Shown here piece by piece: positions 14,030 through 26,639 of a DNA stretch of 64,000 nt. The notes under the pieces are model-generated. The model ran no database searches. It saw nothing but the letters and a program-made list of their open reading frames with translations, and was not told the origin of the DNA. Source of the DNA: Eledone cirrhosa. Taxonomy: Eukaryota. Both the position numbers and the translations under genes were made by a program. How positions within the stretch are numbered: position 1 is the stretch's first letter; every line of letters begins with the position of its first letter. The stretch covers positions 64,914,001-64,978,000 of the forward strand of contig OZ024742.1 in assembly GCA_964016885.1 (NCBI GenBank). Reading direction: 5' to 3'.

Positions 14030-14345
14030 TAGGACTACAACCCCTATCACTAAAACATCCAAGAAACCTCTAATGACCTTCAACCTTGCAGGAGGCTAGC
14101 TAAACCTATATAGGTGTGAGCTACAACAATAACAACATGAGAGGACCGGGCCCCCCTATTGTTCAAACACTCAAGAAACCTCCTATGAGATCAAGCCTTG
14201 TAAGAGGCCAACTAAACATACATAGGGGCCCAAGTCCTATTATGTTGCTGTTACATTTACATCTATCATTAAAATACCTAAGAACCTCATATGAGATCCA
14301 ACTCTACATAGAGCCAGCAAAACCTACATAGGTGTATAAGCTCAA
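14030..14345. repeat. Degenerate ~110-bp tandem repeat, 3 copies
   Basis: aagaaacctc...atga...gaggccaactaaacatacatagg-like units start near 14061, 14173 and 14280. Confidence 0.55.
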
Positions 14346-14448
14346 ACCTTTTTTTTTTCAACATTAAAGGCTTTCCCTCCTGTTATTACATTTGACTGAA
14401 TGCATTTTACTTCTACTACTACTACTACTACCACCGCCAACACCGCTG

Positions 14449-14481
<33 letters not shown>

Positions 14482-14589
14482 TTACTACTACTATTGGGCA
14501 AGCAAAGACTTATGCTTTGCAGGAGGTTATATCTATATATTTGTTTAAGCCATTTACTGATAGCTTTATCTGAACTTACATCCTGGTTA

Positions 14590-16217
14590 CAGCGGAAATA
14601 TATAGTTACCAACAATTTTATTTGTAGACCTGGAGAAAGCTTTTGAAAGAGTCCCCTGCTCCATTATCTGGTGGGCTCTTAGAAAACTAGGTGTAGATGA
14701 ATGGCTTGTGAGAGCTATACAAGCTATGTATAATGAAACAGGTTAGAATTAACAATGAATATTGTGAAGAATTTAGTGTAAAAGTTGGCGTTCATCAAGG
14801 CTCTGTCCTTAGCCCCCTCTTATTTATTATTGCCCTTCAGGCTATAACAGAGGAGTTCAAGACTGGCTGCCCATGGGAACTCCTATACGTAGATGATCTA
14901 ACGCTCATAGCTGAATCAATGGCTGAACTAGAGAAGAAATTCCAAACATGGAAGCATGGCCTAGAATCAAAAGGCCTTAAAGTTAACTTGTCTAAGACTA
15001 AAGTTCTAGTTTGTAGAAAGGAAAATAGGGCACAGGCACCCTCAGGGAAATGGCCATGCTCTGTAGGAAAGGAGTAGGCAGAAATTCCATTTTATGTCCC
15101 AAATGCAAAGTATGGGTACATAAAAGATGTAGTGAGATCACAGGTAAACTATCTAAGAACGTAGACTTTATATGTGGCCAATGCTCAGGTGCAATAAGTA
15201 GCAAGTGTCCAAAGGATACTAGCTCCTTCCATTGCCCAGATGGTTCTATAGAAATAGTAGGCACTTTCCGTTACCTGGGTGACAAAATCAGCAGTGGTGG
15301 AGGGTGTTCTGAAAGTACAGTAGCCAGAGTCAGAACGGGATGGAAAAAGTTCAGAGAGCTTATACCGCTGTTGGCCACAAAAGGTTTCTCTCTAAAAATG
15401 AAAGGCAGAGTGTATGATACCTGTATATGAACAGAAATGCTACATGGCAGTGAGACATGGGCATTACGTGCAGAGGACCTGCGTAGACTGGAAAGGAGCG
15501 AAGCATGCATGCTCCATTGGATGTGTAATAGTAATATACGTGAACGGCAAAGCATAAATGAACTAAGTGAGAAATTAAGAATAAGAGGGATCAGATGCTG
15601 TTTACTTGAGAGAAGACTACGTTGGTATGGTCACGTGATGCGCATGAAAACGACAGCTGCATCAAAAAGTGCATGGCGATCAAAATTGATGGTAGTTACT
15701 GAGTAGGTAGACCCAGAAAAACCTGGGATGATCTGATAAATTCCGACCTCACACACTTACATCTTTCTAAGACAATGTCTCTGGACCGAGATCTTTGGTG
15801 CTACGCAGTAATACAGAAGACCCGCCTTGCCTATGTACAAAGCGAAACCTACAGTCAGGAGGCACCTCTTAACCAAATATACACCCCAATCTACTACCAC
15901 TACCCTATCCTCCCACTCCCACCAACAGTACGAGAAAATGAGATCGAGTTCGTGTAGGTGTCACGACAAAAAAAACACACACAGTCCACGCTGTAATGTG
16001 GCCATGTAGGTAACATGGTAAAAAGTTCCCAGTTCCACACTGTAAATGTGGTTGGTGTTAGGAAGGGCATCCAGCCGTAGAAAACCTGCCAGATAGTCCT
16101 ATATGAGCGAGACACGGTCACCGACCAGCCTTGCCTCAAGTGGGACAACTCCCGTCTAACCCATGCTAGCGTGGAAAATGGACGTTAAACGAAGATGATA
16201 ATGATGATGATGATGAT
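14590..16217 (+). mobile_element. 5'-truncated RTE LINE with frameshifts
   Basis: DLEK, GVHQGSVLSPLLF, YVDD, PHD-like Cys cluster, MLHGSETW, 3' UTR and (GAT)n tail. Confidence 0.92.
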
Positions 16218-17189
16218 TGATTTTATTTTTATTTTATCCATTTCTTGTCTTCTGTATTCTGTCTTCTCTCACTTTTATCTACTGTCTTACTTTCTGCTGC
16301 CTTCTGTTTATATCTTCACCATCTGTATCCTGTCATTTCTTTACTTCTCATGTTTTTTTCTTCTGTCTTCTTTTTGCTTGTCTTGTCCTGTTTTAAAATA
16401 GTATAGGTTACTTTGAGGGAGGTTTGGCTACTATTACCAGCAGGTTGTATAATCTTCTTGACTGATGACCAACTGAGCCCACTTTGCCCACCTCCTCTGT
16501 GTGTATCACAGATATACACATCAAGAAAGCTTCTATGCAGTTGCTCAACTGTCTAGAAATAGCAACTAACTTTCCACGTAAATTACTTCCTAGCATCTTA
16601 AAGGGAGAAGAACATGTTGGATAATGTGGTACTGGAAGCACTATGTTTGAATAAAAGACAAGATGGCTGATCTGGAATTAAACAACAACAGCAACAATAC
16701 TGATCAGTGTAGAGAATATAACATACCCAAACTGATACATTACACCACTGTACTGTAAACCACTGTATGTTGTGGTGGACATCAATTGGATAAAGCTTTG
16801 TGGGTATGGATCTATTGATAACACCTAGTTAATAGACTGACAACATACATGATGTAGGGCTATTGAGCTTAAGGGTGACTGATGTTAGACAGCAACAACA
16901 TTATACCACAATAGAATTGACAGTAAATAGAAAGCATCATGTTCAGACAAGCTCACTGCACCAAATACTAGAAAGCACTATTTGTAGACACAACTGAGGT
17001 CCATTCCAGTTGTGTGTCAGAAAATGTAATAATGGTCCTCATTAAGGTGGAGATATGGTGTATCTAGAACAATCAATCTGTAGTTTACAAGTTTTAAATT
17101 ATTTTGGAGCTCTTTCCCATTCTTTTAACCATGATTGACCATGGGTTTACATCCAGAAAGTTCCTTTCTGATGTTGTCCAAAGGAAAGG

Positions 17190-17362
17190 TAAAAGCCGAT
17201 ACAACTTGGCAGCAGTGAGGTCGCATCTTATTTTTTCCAGCTGAGTAGACAGAGGCAACAAATAAAGTGCCTTGCTCTAGGACGCAATACACTCAATCCA
17301 GAAATTAAATTCACAACCTCACAATTGTGAGCCAAACACCCAAACCATTAAGCCACACGCCT
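17190..17362 (-). mobile_element. tRNA-derived SINE, decayed
   Basis: Reverse complement starts ggcgtgtggcttaatggtt (A box) and contains the cagctgagtagac central domain shared with the 43624-46209 copies. Confidence 0.6.
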
Positions 17363-17535
17363 TCAGTTGTTTGACTGATTAATTACCTGACATAGGTCTT
17401 TTTATTAGATCAGGACTGACTTGGGTATATATGTATTAAAATTATCACAGAGTAAATCTGCAGATATGAAATGCAGGCCAAGATAGCTATAACATTACTG
17501 CAAGAAATAGCTATGTGAAGCCTATGAATATTTAA

Positions 17536-17763
17536 CCCTTTAACATTTACATTACTGTATATATACTATTATATTTTCTCAGTAAAGGCTTTTTTCAGAC
17601 AAAATATCTCACATAATATCGAATTTATGAGATTTTGATATTATTTATTTTGAGAACAATACCTTAACATAAGTATGAGTAGCCAGTTACAGCTAGTTTG
17701 AACATAAAGAGGTGAGAGGTGAGAGAATTCTGGCTGAATATGGCCGGTTTAAATGCTAAAGGG
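17536..17763. mobile_element. piggyBac-like MITE, family B
   Basis: TTAA-ccctttaacattta ... taaatgctaaaggg-tcaa. Second copy at 59915-60098. Confidence 0.75.
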
Positions 17764-18499
17764 TCAAGGCACTACTACAGCCAGGCCATCAAGCCACATC
17801 CATGCAAATGCACAACCACATGTATTTTGTATGATCATTCTAGAACGTCACCCATCAACATCATTATTATTTGTAGTGATCATATGTACTTATTGAAGTG
17901 ATAAAATGTTTACAATATGTAAATAACATGTTTTTCCTTCAATGCCTCGTGTCTTTCACACCAACACTAACACAAATACATTCAATTTTACTTCATATAT
18001 AACAACCAAAATACCAACTACAATGCCAAATACAGCCACAACAGCCACAAGGACAGCACCAACTACAACACCCCCACCAACTACTACTACTACAGCAGTG
18101 ATACAGTGATAACAAAAACAATGACAACCAGAGCAACAAAGACAACACTTACAACATTACTACCACTAACAACTACTATTACTTTTACTACAACAGCAGC
18201 TATAACACCAAATACTAACATCAATGAACTTTAACAGAGCATTGCTAATCTTAATCTGTTTCTCAAGCAATTAACTTTATCCTTTGTAATTAGTGTCATG
18301 TTAATACCTTATTGTTGTTGTTGTTGAAAGATCTGAGGATGTTGTTATTGTTGGTAGAGGATTTGATGCTATTATTATCTGGAGGTTAAGAAATTTCTGA
18401 TGCAATATGAAAAGTTATTTACATGCATATGGTCATCATCTTTGTCACCACCTTTTTATGCCCATTTTCTACACTTAGGTCAATTGGTAGAGCAGAGAA

Positions 18500-19635
18500 C
18501 TGTAGCTGAATTGTATTTAATGAAGGAGATGAAAAATGATAAAACCACCATTCTGTCAGAGATAGTCGGGGAGATACTGAAATATTTTGAGGAAGTAGGG
18601 GTCAAAATAGTCACTCTATTTAATCAGTCAGATAATACATGATGGTAAAACCCAATGATTGGTGTAGCAGTATACTCATTAACTGTTGCAAAGGAAATGG
18701 TAATGCACTAGAATGGAGCAACTACAGGGGCATGTCATGTACAGAGGAACTGTTAGTAAGGTGAGTGTAGGTAATGAGTTTAGTGAAGACTTTAATGTGC
18801 AGGTAGGTGTTCATGAGGGTTCAATTCTCAGTCCAATCCTATTTATCATAATTCTTCAGGCCATAACAGAAAGGTTTCAGACCAACTGTCCATGGGAATT
18901 TCTGTTTGCTGAAAACCTGGTTCTTATAGCCAAAATCTGTAGAAGAGGTAGAAAAGAAATTCCAGTGTTGGAAACAACAAAGTATCAAAAGAGTTTAGAA
19001 TAAACCAAAGTTTTAGTAAGTAGGAAAGAAGACAGGTCCCTGATCTCATCAGGGAAGTGGCCTTGCATGATATGTAAAAAAGGACTAGGTTGAAACTTTA
19101 TATGATGTACATAATATAATTCTTGGGTAAACAAGAAGTGTCATGGGGTAACAGGCAGACTAACAGAAATGGTAGACTTTGTATGTAGCAGATACACAAG
19201 ATTAGTTGTTAGTAAAAGTATTAGAGAAATAAACTTTTTCCAATTCCTAGTACTCTAGGTGATCTATTTAGCAGTAAAGGGGGTTGTGTTAAACGTATAA
19301 TAGCTAGAATAAGAACAGGATGGAAAAAGTTCAGAGAGCTACTACCTCTGTTGACAACAAAAGGTTTCTTTTTATGAACGAAAGGCTGGCTGTATGATGG
19401 CTGTGTGTGATGTTTGACATTGCATGGCAGTGAATCATGGGCAATGACTGCAGAGGTTATGTTTTTATTGCTGCAGAGAAATTATGTGAGTGTGCTCTGA
19501 TGGATGTGCAATGCATGAATGACAAGGCATGGATGAGCTGAGAGAAAAGCTGGGTATAAGAGGTAACAGATGTAGTGTGTAGGAGAGAAGACTATGTTGG
19601 TATGGACATGTGATGCATACAGATGATAATTGCTG
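18500..19635 (+). mobile_element. Degraded RTE RT/C-terminal fragment
   Basis: VGVHEGSILSPILF, CPWEFLFAENL, WKKFRELLPLL, RRLCWYGHVM. Confidence 0.85.
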
Positions 19636-19849
19636 GTATATATATATATCACTTTCAACATCCTTTAATGTCTGTTTTCCCTCCAAGCAAGGGCTAGATG
19701 AACATTCACAGATCAAGTCAATATCTAAACAATTCCACTGACTTTTCTGATGGGCTAGGGGTCACATCTCACTTACATACATTTCCTCACTTTACAAAGT
19801 GCACTGGGTCTATTTTTATTCAGACAAGATATCAATTTCTTCTATATTT

Positions 19850-20235
19850 GCACTATATCTATTAAATCTTTCATTTCCAAGATGGTATTTACCATCTCCA
19901 CACTTTGAACTAAGGGATCTACCACATCCCATAGTGTCATCTGGCAGCAGGCTTTTGATATTTTAAACTCCTTCACTAGCAATGTATTTGAAATACTATT
20001 GAGTTTTGCAGTAGCACAATACATCCCACCTCCTGTAAATCATGATAACACATTTTTTCATTGACTCTGCTCATGTTAATGGTATTTTTTGCATTTGAAG
20101 TGGTCATAAGAGTTGTGGAAAAGGTCTGTATGATAACACCATGCCTTAAACTTCCTTGCCAAACCACAGTTGCCAGTAGCAGTTAGTCCCTGTCTCAGCT
20201 TGGCCTCAATCTCAGTACCCTACTTGGCATCATTT
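19850..20235 (-). mobile_element. Hero-like (REL-endonuclease) LINE fragment
   Basis: MYCATAKL...LVKEFKISKA...TLWDVVDP. Homologous to 26700-26960. Confidence 0.55.
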
Positions 20236-20589
20236 AAAGGTGCCGCTTTGAGACAGCCATGGCTCTCAATGGCCTGCTCCCTAATTGTTGGATCAAAGAG
20301 AAAGCAGTTAAGTTAGGTTAGTATTAAGAAAGAGTGAAAAGTGTTAACATAGGGGTGGATGTTGTTGGAAACTAAGGAAGTGGGTGGGAGACAAAACAAA
20401 ACCCTTCGACATACTAGAATTAATAAATTGTGGGTCAGAGAAAGCTTCTTCTATGCACTGTAATTTTAGTGGATGTCTCCAATCCAAGAGATGAGACATG
20501 TAGAGCACATAGGCAAACAGTTTAGTTAAACAAGATCAAATACTTTGCTGATATCAAGTGCAACAATATAGTTACTTGATGTAAACCTA

Positions 20590-20933
20590 GCTAAGTGTTG
20601 TAATTTGTCTCCAACGTCATGGACCCCTATGGTCAATAAAGGAAATTATCATTTCAAAATTCCTTGGCATGTCAATGCTACAGAGGGCACTACCAGTTTG
20701 AAACAAGCTCCACAGGCATAGAAGTGCCAACAGCCAAACCTGTCCGAGATGCACACAAGGCAACAAAACCATCCTGCATGCTATCTGCCCATGCACTGCA
20801 GAGTTGTGGGCTTGTTTCAAACAACTGCTATTCTGGGGAGGCCAGATACTGCTGTCAGCCAGGTCTATAGTGAAAATTGAACCACTGGTTTGTTTAAGAA
20901 AGTAAAGCCCTCATCAACTTCTTCAAGTTTCAC
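20590..20933 (+). mobile_element. L1/Tx1-like LINE fragment (C-terminal zinc finger)
   Basis: FQNSLACQCYRGALPV...QTCPRCTQGNKTILHAIC with frameshifts, followed by LINFFKFH. Confidence 0.6.
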
Positions 20934-22360
20934 TGGATTGGCAGTATTGGTAGAGAGTCGGACGCCATGCTTTGACGCAGAGTTACGGCCCTTTCCATTC
21001 TGAGTTCAAATCCCGCCGAGGTTAACTTTGCCTTTCATCCTTACGGGGTCGATAAAATAAAGTACCAGTAATACACTGGGTAATTGCTGGCCTTGTGCCA
21101 AAAGTAGAAACAATTATTGTTTTCTATTGTTATGTATATTTCTTACAAATTCCATTATTGTTATCCTATTATTTTCTCTTCAGTGATAAACCCTTTCCTT
21201 CACTCTGTAAACCCCCACCTGTTGTTGTTTTGTTTATCCTTTTATCATCCTCAATGTCTTCTGCTCTTGGGGTCAATAAAAGAAATAATTGTTTCTACAA
21301 TAGGCACAAGGCCAGCAAATTGAATGGGAGAGAAACGTTGATTAAATTGACCCCAGTGCATTACTGGTGCTCAGAACTGTTCAAAAGTTATTGGCTTAGT
21401 GCCTAAATCAGAGACCATTATTATTATTATTATTATTAGGGCGGTGGATTGGCAGTATCGGTAGAGGGTCGGGCACCATGCTTTGAATCATAGAGTTACC
21501 TCTCTTTATGATCTGAGTTAAAATCCCGACAAGGTTAACTTTGCCTTTCATCCTTATGGGGTCGATAAAATAAAGTACCAGTCACGCACTGAAGTTGATT
21601 TAATCACCCCCCCCCCCCCCAATTGCTGGCCTTGTGCCTATATAAGAAACCATTATTATTATTATTAAGATGGTGGATTGGCAGTATCAGTAGAGCACCG
21701 GATAACATGCTTTGTGGCATAGAGTTATGGCCCTTTACGTTCTAAGTTCAAATTCTGCCGTGGTTAGCTTTGCCTTTCATCCTTACAGGGTTGATAAAAT
21801 AAAGTACCAGTAATTACACTGGGGTTGATTTAATCAACTTTCCCCTCTCCTCAATTTGCTGGCCATGTATTTATAGTAGAAATCATTATCATTATTACTA
21901 TTATTACTCCTCAAGGTTAACTTTGCCTTTCATCCTTACGAGGTCGATAAAATAAAGTACCAGTAATGTACTGGGTAATTGCTGGCCTTGTGCCAAAAGT
22001 AGAAACAATTATTACTATTATTACTTTTGTAAAGTCAATAGAGCATTTGATAAAGTACTTTGCAGTGTTTGTTCAGACTCTTTTCATTCTATGTTCAAAC
22101 CCTAATGAAGCCAACTTTACCTTTCATCCTTCCAGTAAAGTACTGGGGGTGATATAATCGATTGGTTGTTCCTTCCCCATTAAAATTTCTGGTCTTATGC
22201 TTATGTTGGGAATTTAGAGGATAGTAGATTGCAGAATTGTTAAAGCATAAGACAAAAATGGCTTTCGGTGTTTGCTCTTATTCTTTAAATTTTGATTTAA
22301 AATCCTGCTGCATTTGATTTTGCCTTTCATTTTTCCTAAGTTGATAAAATAAAGTACATT
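20934..22360 (+). mobile_element. Cluster of about 7 co-oriented tRNA-derived SINEs with Nin/Deu-like core
   Basis: Repeated ggattggcagtat...gagttcaaatccc (B box)...gcctttcatccttacggggtcgataaaataaagtaccag...(att)n tails. Confidence 0.85.
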
Positions 22361-22457
22361 TCCTTCAAAATGTGTGGCTTTATGCCCGTATGTATTAAAA
22401 ACCCTTGCTACTACTACTATGACATCAAATGCTGCCATATCTGTACTCTCATTTCAG

Positions 22458-22537
22458 CCACTGCTTTATCACCATCCACTGAAGGCTACGCACAGTATCT
22501 ATACCCTGAATCAACAAAGAACTCCTCAATAACTGGA
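22458..22537 (+). CDS. Probable penultimate exon of the GAREM-like gene
   Basis: Acceptor ctctcatttcAG, donor gga/GTAAGT. Encodes TALSPSTEGYAQYLYPESTKNSSITG and ends in phase 0, in frame with the 24351 exon. Confidence 0.6.
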
Positions 22538-23844
22538 GTAAGTATCACAATATGGTTGAGGAAAACATTTATATCCTTGTCTTTCTTTCTTTCTTTCTTT
22601 CTATGTTTTAGTCCTTTGGATGGCAGGCCATCCGAAACGATAGAACCTTTGTTAAGTTATTCTCCAAACATATTGAGTATGACCGCCTTTTGTACCTCTT
22701 CCTCCTTCCCCTTACAGTTGCAGTGTATCCCCATATTGGGCTGTCAAGATGATGAAAAAATACACCAATATGGCTAGCCCAAGGCCACTCCTAGGCACTG
22801 ACAGCATTTCAATATCGGATGTTGTTAGTGATATTACTAAATCCCTCCAAATTTCTGATTATTTTAAAAATGATTTGAAAATCATAGGCAGAGGCAGTGT
22901 CTATCATTAGAAATATGGTAATGAAAGGGTTTAGTAGGGCTGGAATAACTGTACAGCAGTCTCTTGAGAATGTATGATGTCATCTGTATATGAGCCTTTC
23001 TTTTTCTTTGTACATTTCTGTTTTGGGGCCAAAGAGATTGGCAAAAACAGTAGAGTGTTGGACAAATGCTTTGCAGTGTTTAGATACACCTCTTTACATT
23101 CTGTTTAAATTTTGCATGGGCAACTTTGACGTCTTTTAGGGGATTAATAAAGTAAATACTAGTTGAGTACTGGGGTTGGTCTATTCTACTATACCTTTCC
23201 CTCAAATTTGATCTGTTATGCGCTCCTCCTGTTATTGCAATGAGAAACATTTGGAGGTTTGTGGTAGTAAGTTTAGCGAAATCAAATGGAACAGGTGTGA
23301 ATATTTGATAGATCCTTTGTAGATGTGTGTGCCAAAGGAAATGTTATTTTAGGGTTGCCATGAGTATTACATGTCATTTGTGGGTTTTGTTTATAGTGTT
23401 AAAACTTGTGGTGCCCTATTTTAGAGAACGTAAAGATTTTTGTTGAATTGACAATTAGTTGCTGCATTAGTTAGGTTATGTGATTACATAAAAACATCAT
23501 TGATGGCTCATGTGGTCCCAATTCTAAAGAGTAAAGAGTTTTATGTTGTAGATTTAGATGTTACAGTGAACAGGATTGGTGGTTCAGTAAAACTAATTTA
23601 TGAATTTTGTTTGAAAATATTTCATTAGGAGACAAAATAATAATAATAATAAATAAATAAATGGAAATAGTTTCTAATTTAGGCACAAAGCCAACAATTT
23701 GAGGTTAAGAGGGAGTCGACTATATTTAACTCGGTAATTGACTGGTACTTTAGTTTATCAACCTCAGAAGAATGAAAGGCAAAATTGACCTCTAAGGATT
23801 CTGCTAATTCACTGCCCTACAACAACAAAATAATTATAACAGAT

Positions 23845-23998
23845 AGAGCTGAGTGGTTAAGAAGTTTGCTATGCAACCTTGTGGTTTGGGTGTAATCCCA
23901 CTCTGTTGTATATTGAACAAGAGTTTTCTACTATAGCCTCAAGTTGACCAATACCTTGTGAGTGAAACTTACTTGATAGAAACAGTGCAGAAGCCCAT

Positions 23999-24075
<77 letters not shown>
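23845..24075 (+). mobile_element. tRNA-derived SINE with (TG)n tail
   Basis: gctgagtggttaagaagtttgct head ... gaaac...agaagccc, then (tg)n. Related copy at ~55930-56075. Confidence 0.65.
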
Positions 24076-24077
<2 letters not shown>

Positions 24078-24350
24078 ATATCTTTTGAGGATGTACGTAA
24101 GTTAAGAGAATATAAATCAGTGAAAAAATGTAGAAGAAATATGTGCTTTACAAATGATGCTCCTTGAAATATTTGTTCTACTCTGTCTTAGAGACACTTC
24201 CTAGTCACTCTTGCCATCACAAAGCAGTGAACCAATAACTGAGCCATTGGATGTTATTGATGTTTATTTTTCGTAAATTTCAAATAATCAATGTATTTTC
24301 TTATGTATATTTTTTTTACTTTTCTCTTTATTTCTTTTCATTTTTTATAG

Positions 24351-25886
24351 GAAAAGTTTACCAAGAAAATGAATGCTGCTATACAATCTTTAAAAAACAA
24401 GTTGAAATTAAGTTCAGCTAAAGAACTGGTTACCATTTGTAAAAATATAACTCCTACAGCTCCTCTCTCAATTTCTCAAAATATTTATCCTGTATTGAAT
24501 TTAGCATCCGGAAGAACAGAAAATGTTTACAATGACATTGGGGATGTATCATTGGAAGGAAAATCTCGTTTCTTCTCTTCTGCTTATGCTACAGCTAACC
24601 CTAATGCAGAGGATGACACAGTTCCAAACAATGTTGCATCTGGACATAAATCTAAAGAATTCATCAGAACAGAAAAGAAATCCAGAATGTATAGTAATAA
24701 TCTTAGATGTGGAACTGATAATGAATTCAATGAAATTCTTTCCCCAATTCCTGATAGAACAAAGAGTTATGAAGATTTGTATATGAATGAAATGGGATCT
24801 GTAGATAGGGTAAGTACACTAAAGGTGTCTGGGAGAAGGTCTAGTGTATTGGGACTTAAAAGTATTTCACAGACCAATGATAGTATGCTGCAGGATAAAG
24901 TGAGTATCCAGAATGACTGCAGAAAATTAGTTGATTCATCTGGCCATAACAGAGGGGTAAATCCAGATGTGGCCACCGACCAGAGAAAGGAGGAAATGTT
25001 GTATGCAGATGTGCTTAATGTCCACAGGAAAATAGTAAACCAAGATGAGGTTAAGACTGATAAGGATAACACAAAAGATGAAGGTGTTAGTAGTGATATT
25101 GTGAAGCAGAATACAGTATTAGGTCCAGATTCTTTAACCACTTATCCCAGTGCCAGTGTATGGTCTAATGACCTGTACATTAATAATACTGCACCATCAT
25201 CATCATCATCACCATCATTATCTGATAACCAATCAAGTGAAGTATCAACAACAGAATTTTCACAAGAGATCATTGTTGGTATGGATAATTCTTCTGAAGA
25301 CAGTGGTAAAATTTGTGATAATATTAAAGGAAGCACCTTATCATCATCAATGACACTAACACAAAAACCATTACTACCACCAAAACGTTTCTCAAGACCA
25401 TCACTAATTTCCGAAGCAAAGCAACCAATCCCACCACCTCGGCATTCAATAGCCAAACATCAAAAATATTCAATACATAATCGACCACCTCTGCCAATAC
25501 CATTACAATTAAAAACTACACCAACAACAACAGCACCACCAATATCAACAACAACATCAGCAACAGCGTCATCATCAACAACAATAACATCAACAACAAC
25601 ACCATCATCATCAACAACAACAACACCTTTAGCATCACCACAACACAAACTTAAAGAACCTACAAGAAACAGTTTGGAAACTGCATCTGTTAAGGAACTG
25701 TGTATACATTTGGAAAAATGTGGTTTGCAGAGATTAAAAGACATCTGTGAGGAGAATTGTCTTGATGGTCCATTCTTTTCAAATTTACCTGAGCATTCCT
25801 TGCTAGAATCTCCATTTACGTTATCATCTATAGAACTGATGAAGTTCAAAATGATGATGGAAGGATGGCGACCAAAAATGGTATAA
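24351..25886 (+). CDS. Terminal coding exon of a GAREM/FAM59-like adaptor (disordered, Pro-rich, C-terminal SAM domain)
   Basis: Strong polypyrimidine acceptor ttttttatAG at 24350. Open frame of 511 codons (EKFTKK-MNAA...). PLLPPKR, PIPPPRH and RPPLPIP motifs. C-terminus ...ENCLDGPFFSNL...LSSIELMKFKMMMEGWRPKMV resembles the GAREM SAM end (...EKIDGNLLVQL...QFINGWRPKI). AATAAA at ~26022 and ~26135. Confidence 0.85.
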   Translation, partial: EKFTKKMNAAIQSLKNKLKLSSAKELVTICKNITPTAPLSISQNIYPVLNLASGRTENVYNDIGDVSLEGKSRFFSSAYATANPNAEDDTVPNNVASGHKSKEFIRTEKKSRMYSNNLRCGTDNEFNEILSPIPDRTKSYEDLYMNEMGSVDRVSTLKVSGRRSSVLGLKSISQTNDSMLQDKVSIQNDCRKLVDSSGHNRGVNPDVATDQRKEEMLYADVLNVHRKIVNQDEVKTDKDNTKDEGVSSDIVKQNTVLGPDSLTTYPSASVWSNDLYINNTAPSSSSSPSLSDNQSSEVSTTEFSQEIIVGMDNSSEDSGKICDNIKGSTLSSSMTLTQKPLLPPKRFSRPSLISEAKQPIPPPRHSIAKHQKYSIHNRPPLPIPLQLKTTPTTTAPPISTTTSATASSSTTITSTTTPSSSTTTTPLASPQHKLKEPTRNSLETASVKELCIHLEKCGLQRLKDICEENCLDGPFFSNLPEHSLLESPFTLSSIELMKFKMMMEGWRPKMV

Positions 25887-26639
25887 TAGAGTAATTAGAT
25901 AACTCAATAAGTGAATGATGAATGAACTAGTGAATGGAATAATGGATTCATGGAATATTGAAAAAAAATGGAAAATTGAATACTGAAATAATGGAAGGAA
26001 TGAAAATTTAAAGAATGGAAGAATAAAAGAATTGAATGGAGGGAAAATTGAAGAACAGAATGAGGAAATAGTGAGAGAATTGAAAAATGGAAGGATTCAA
26101 GATTTGAATAATCCTAGGAATGGAAGATTTGATTAATAAAAAAACCCTGGAAGACTTGAATAATGAAATAATTTAAATATCTTATATTATTACCAACGAC
26201 ACAGCCATTAAATTCCCTAAATATCATATTGGTCAGAGTGCTTCAGTATGACCCAGCCCATGGGATGAGAACTGGTTATTTCTGAGTTAAAATTTCTCTA
26301 TATTTCTGTATATGATATTCTCTCCATTACAAAACTTGTTCTCACCATGTTTCTATGTTTCTATCTCTTACTATTATACACCAATGATGCTTCAATTGAC
26401 CACTCTAAGCACATATTCTCACCATTCATAGAGGAAAGCTCTATGAGGGATAGAGGCAACAATATATATAATGGGGTAGATAGACCTGGTCGAAAACAGA
26501 TCTAGACCACACACACACACACATGCACGCACGCATGTACACACACACATACACGCACACACACACACACATACATATACATACACACACACAGGCATGT
26601 ACAATTGCATGTGTGTACGTGATCATCAACATCATAATT

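Noticed and set aside
14392-14646. Poly-Leu signal-peptide-like ORF
   Set aside because: Derived from a (CTA)n microsatellite running into an RTE fragment.
17980-18225. Thr-rich mucin-like exon
   Set aside because: Low-complexity (ACA/ACT)n with no convincing splice sites.
20934-21030. tRNA genes at SINE heads
   Set aside because: A/B boxes are followed by SINE cores and tails, with no complete cloverleaf.
24767-25849. Antisense ORFs over the GAREM-like exon
   Set aside because: Shadow frames of a low-complexity coding strand.
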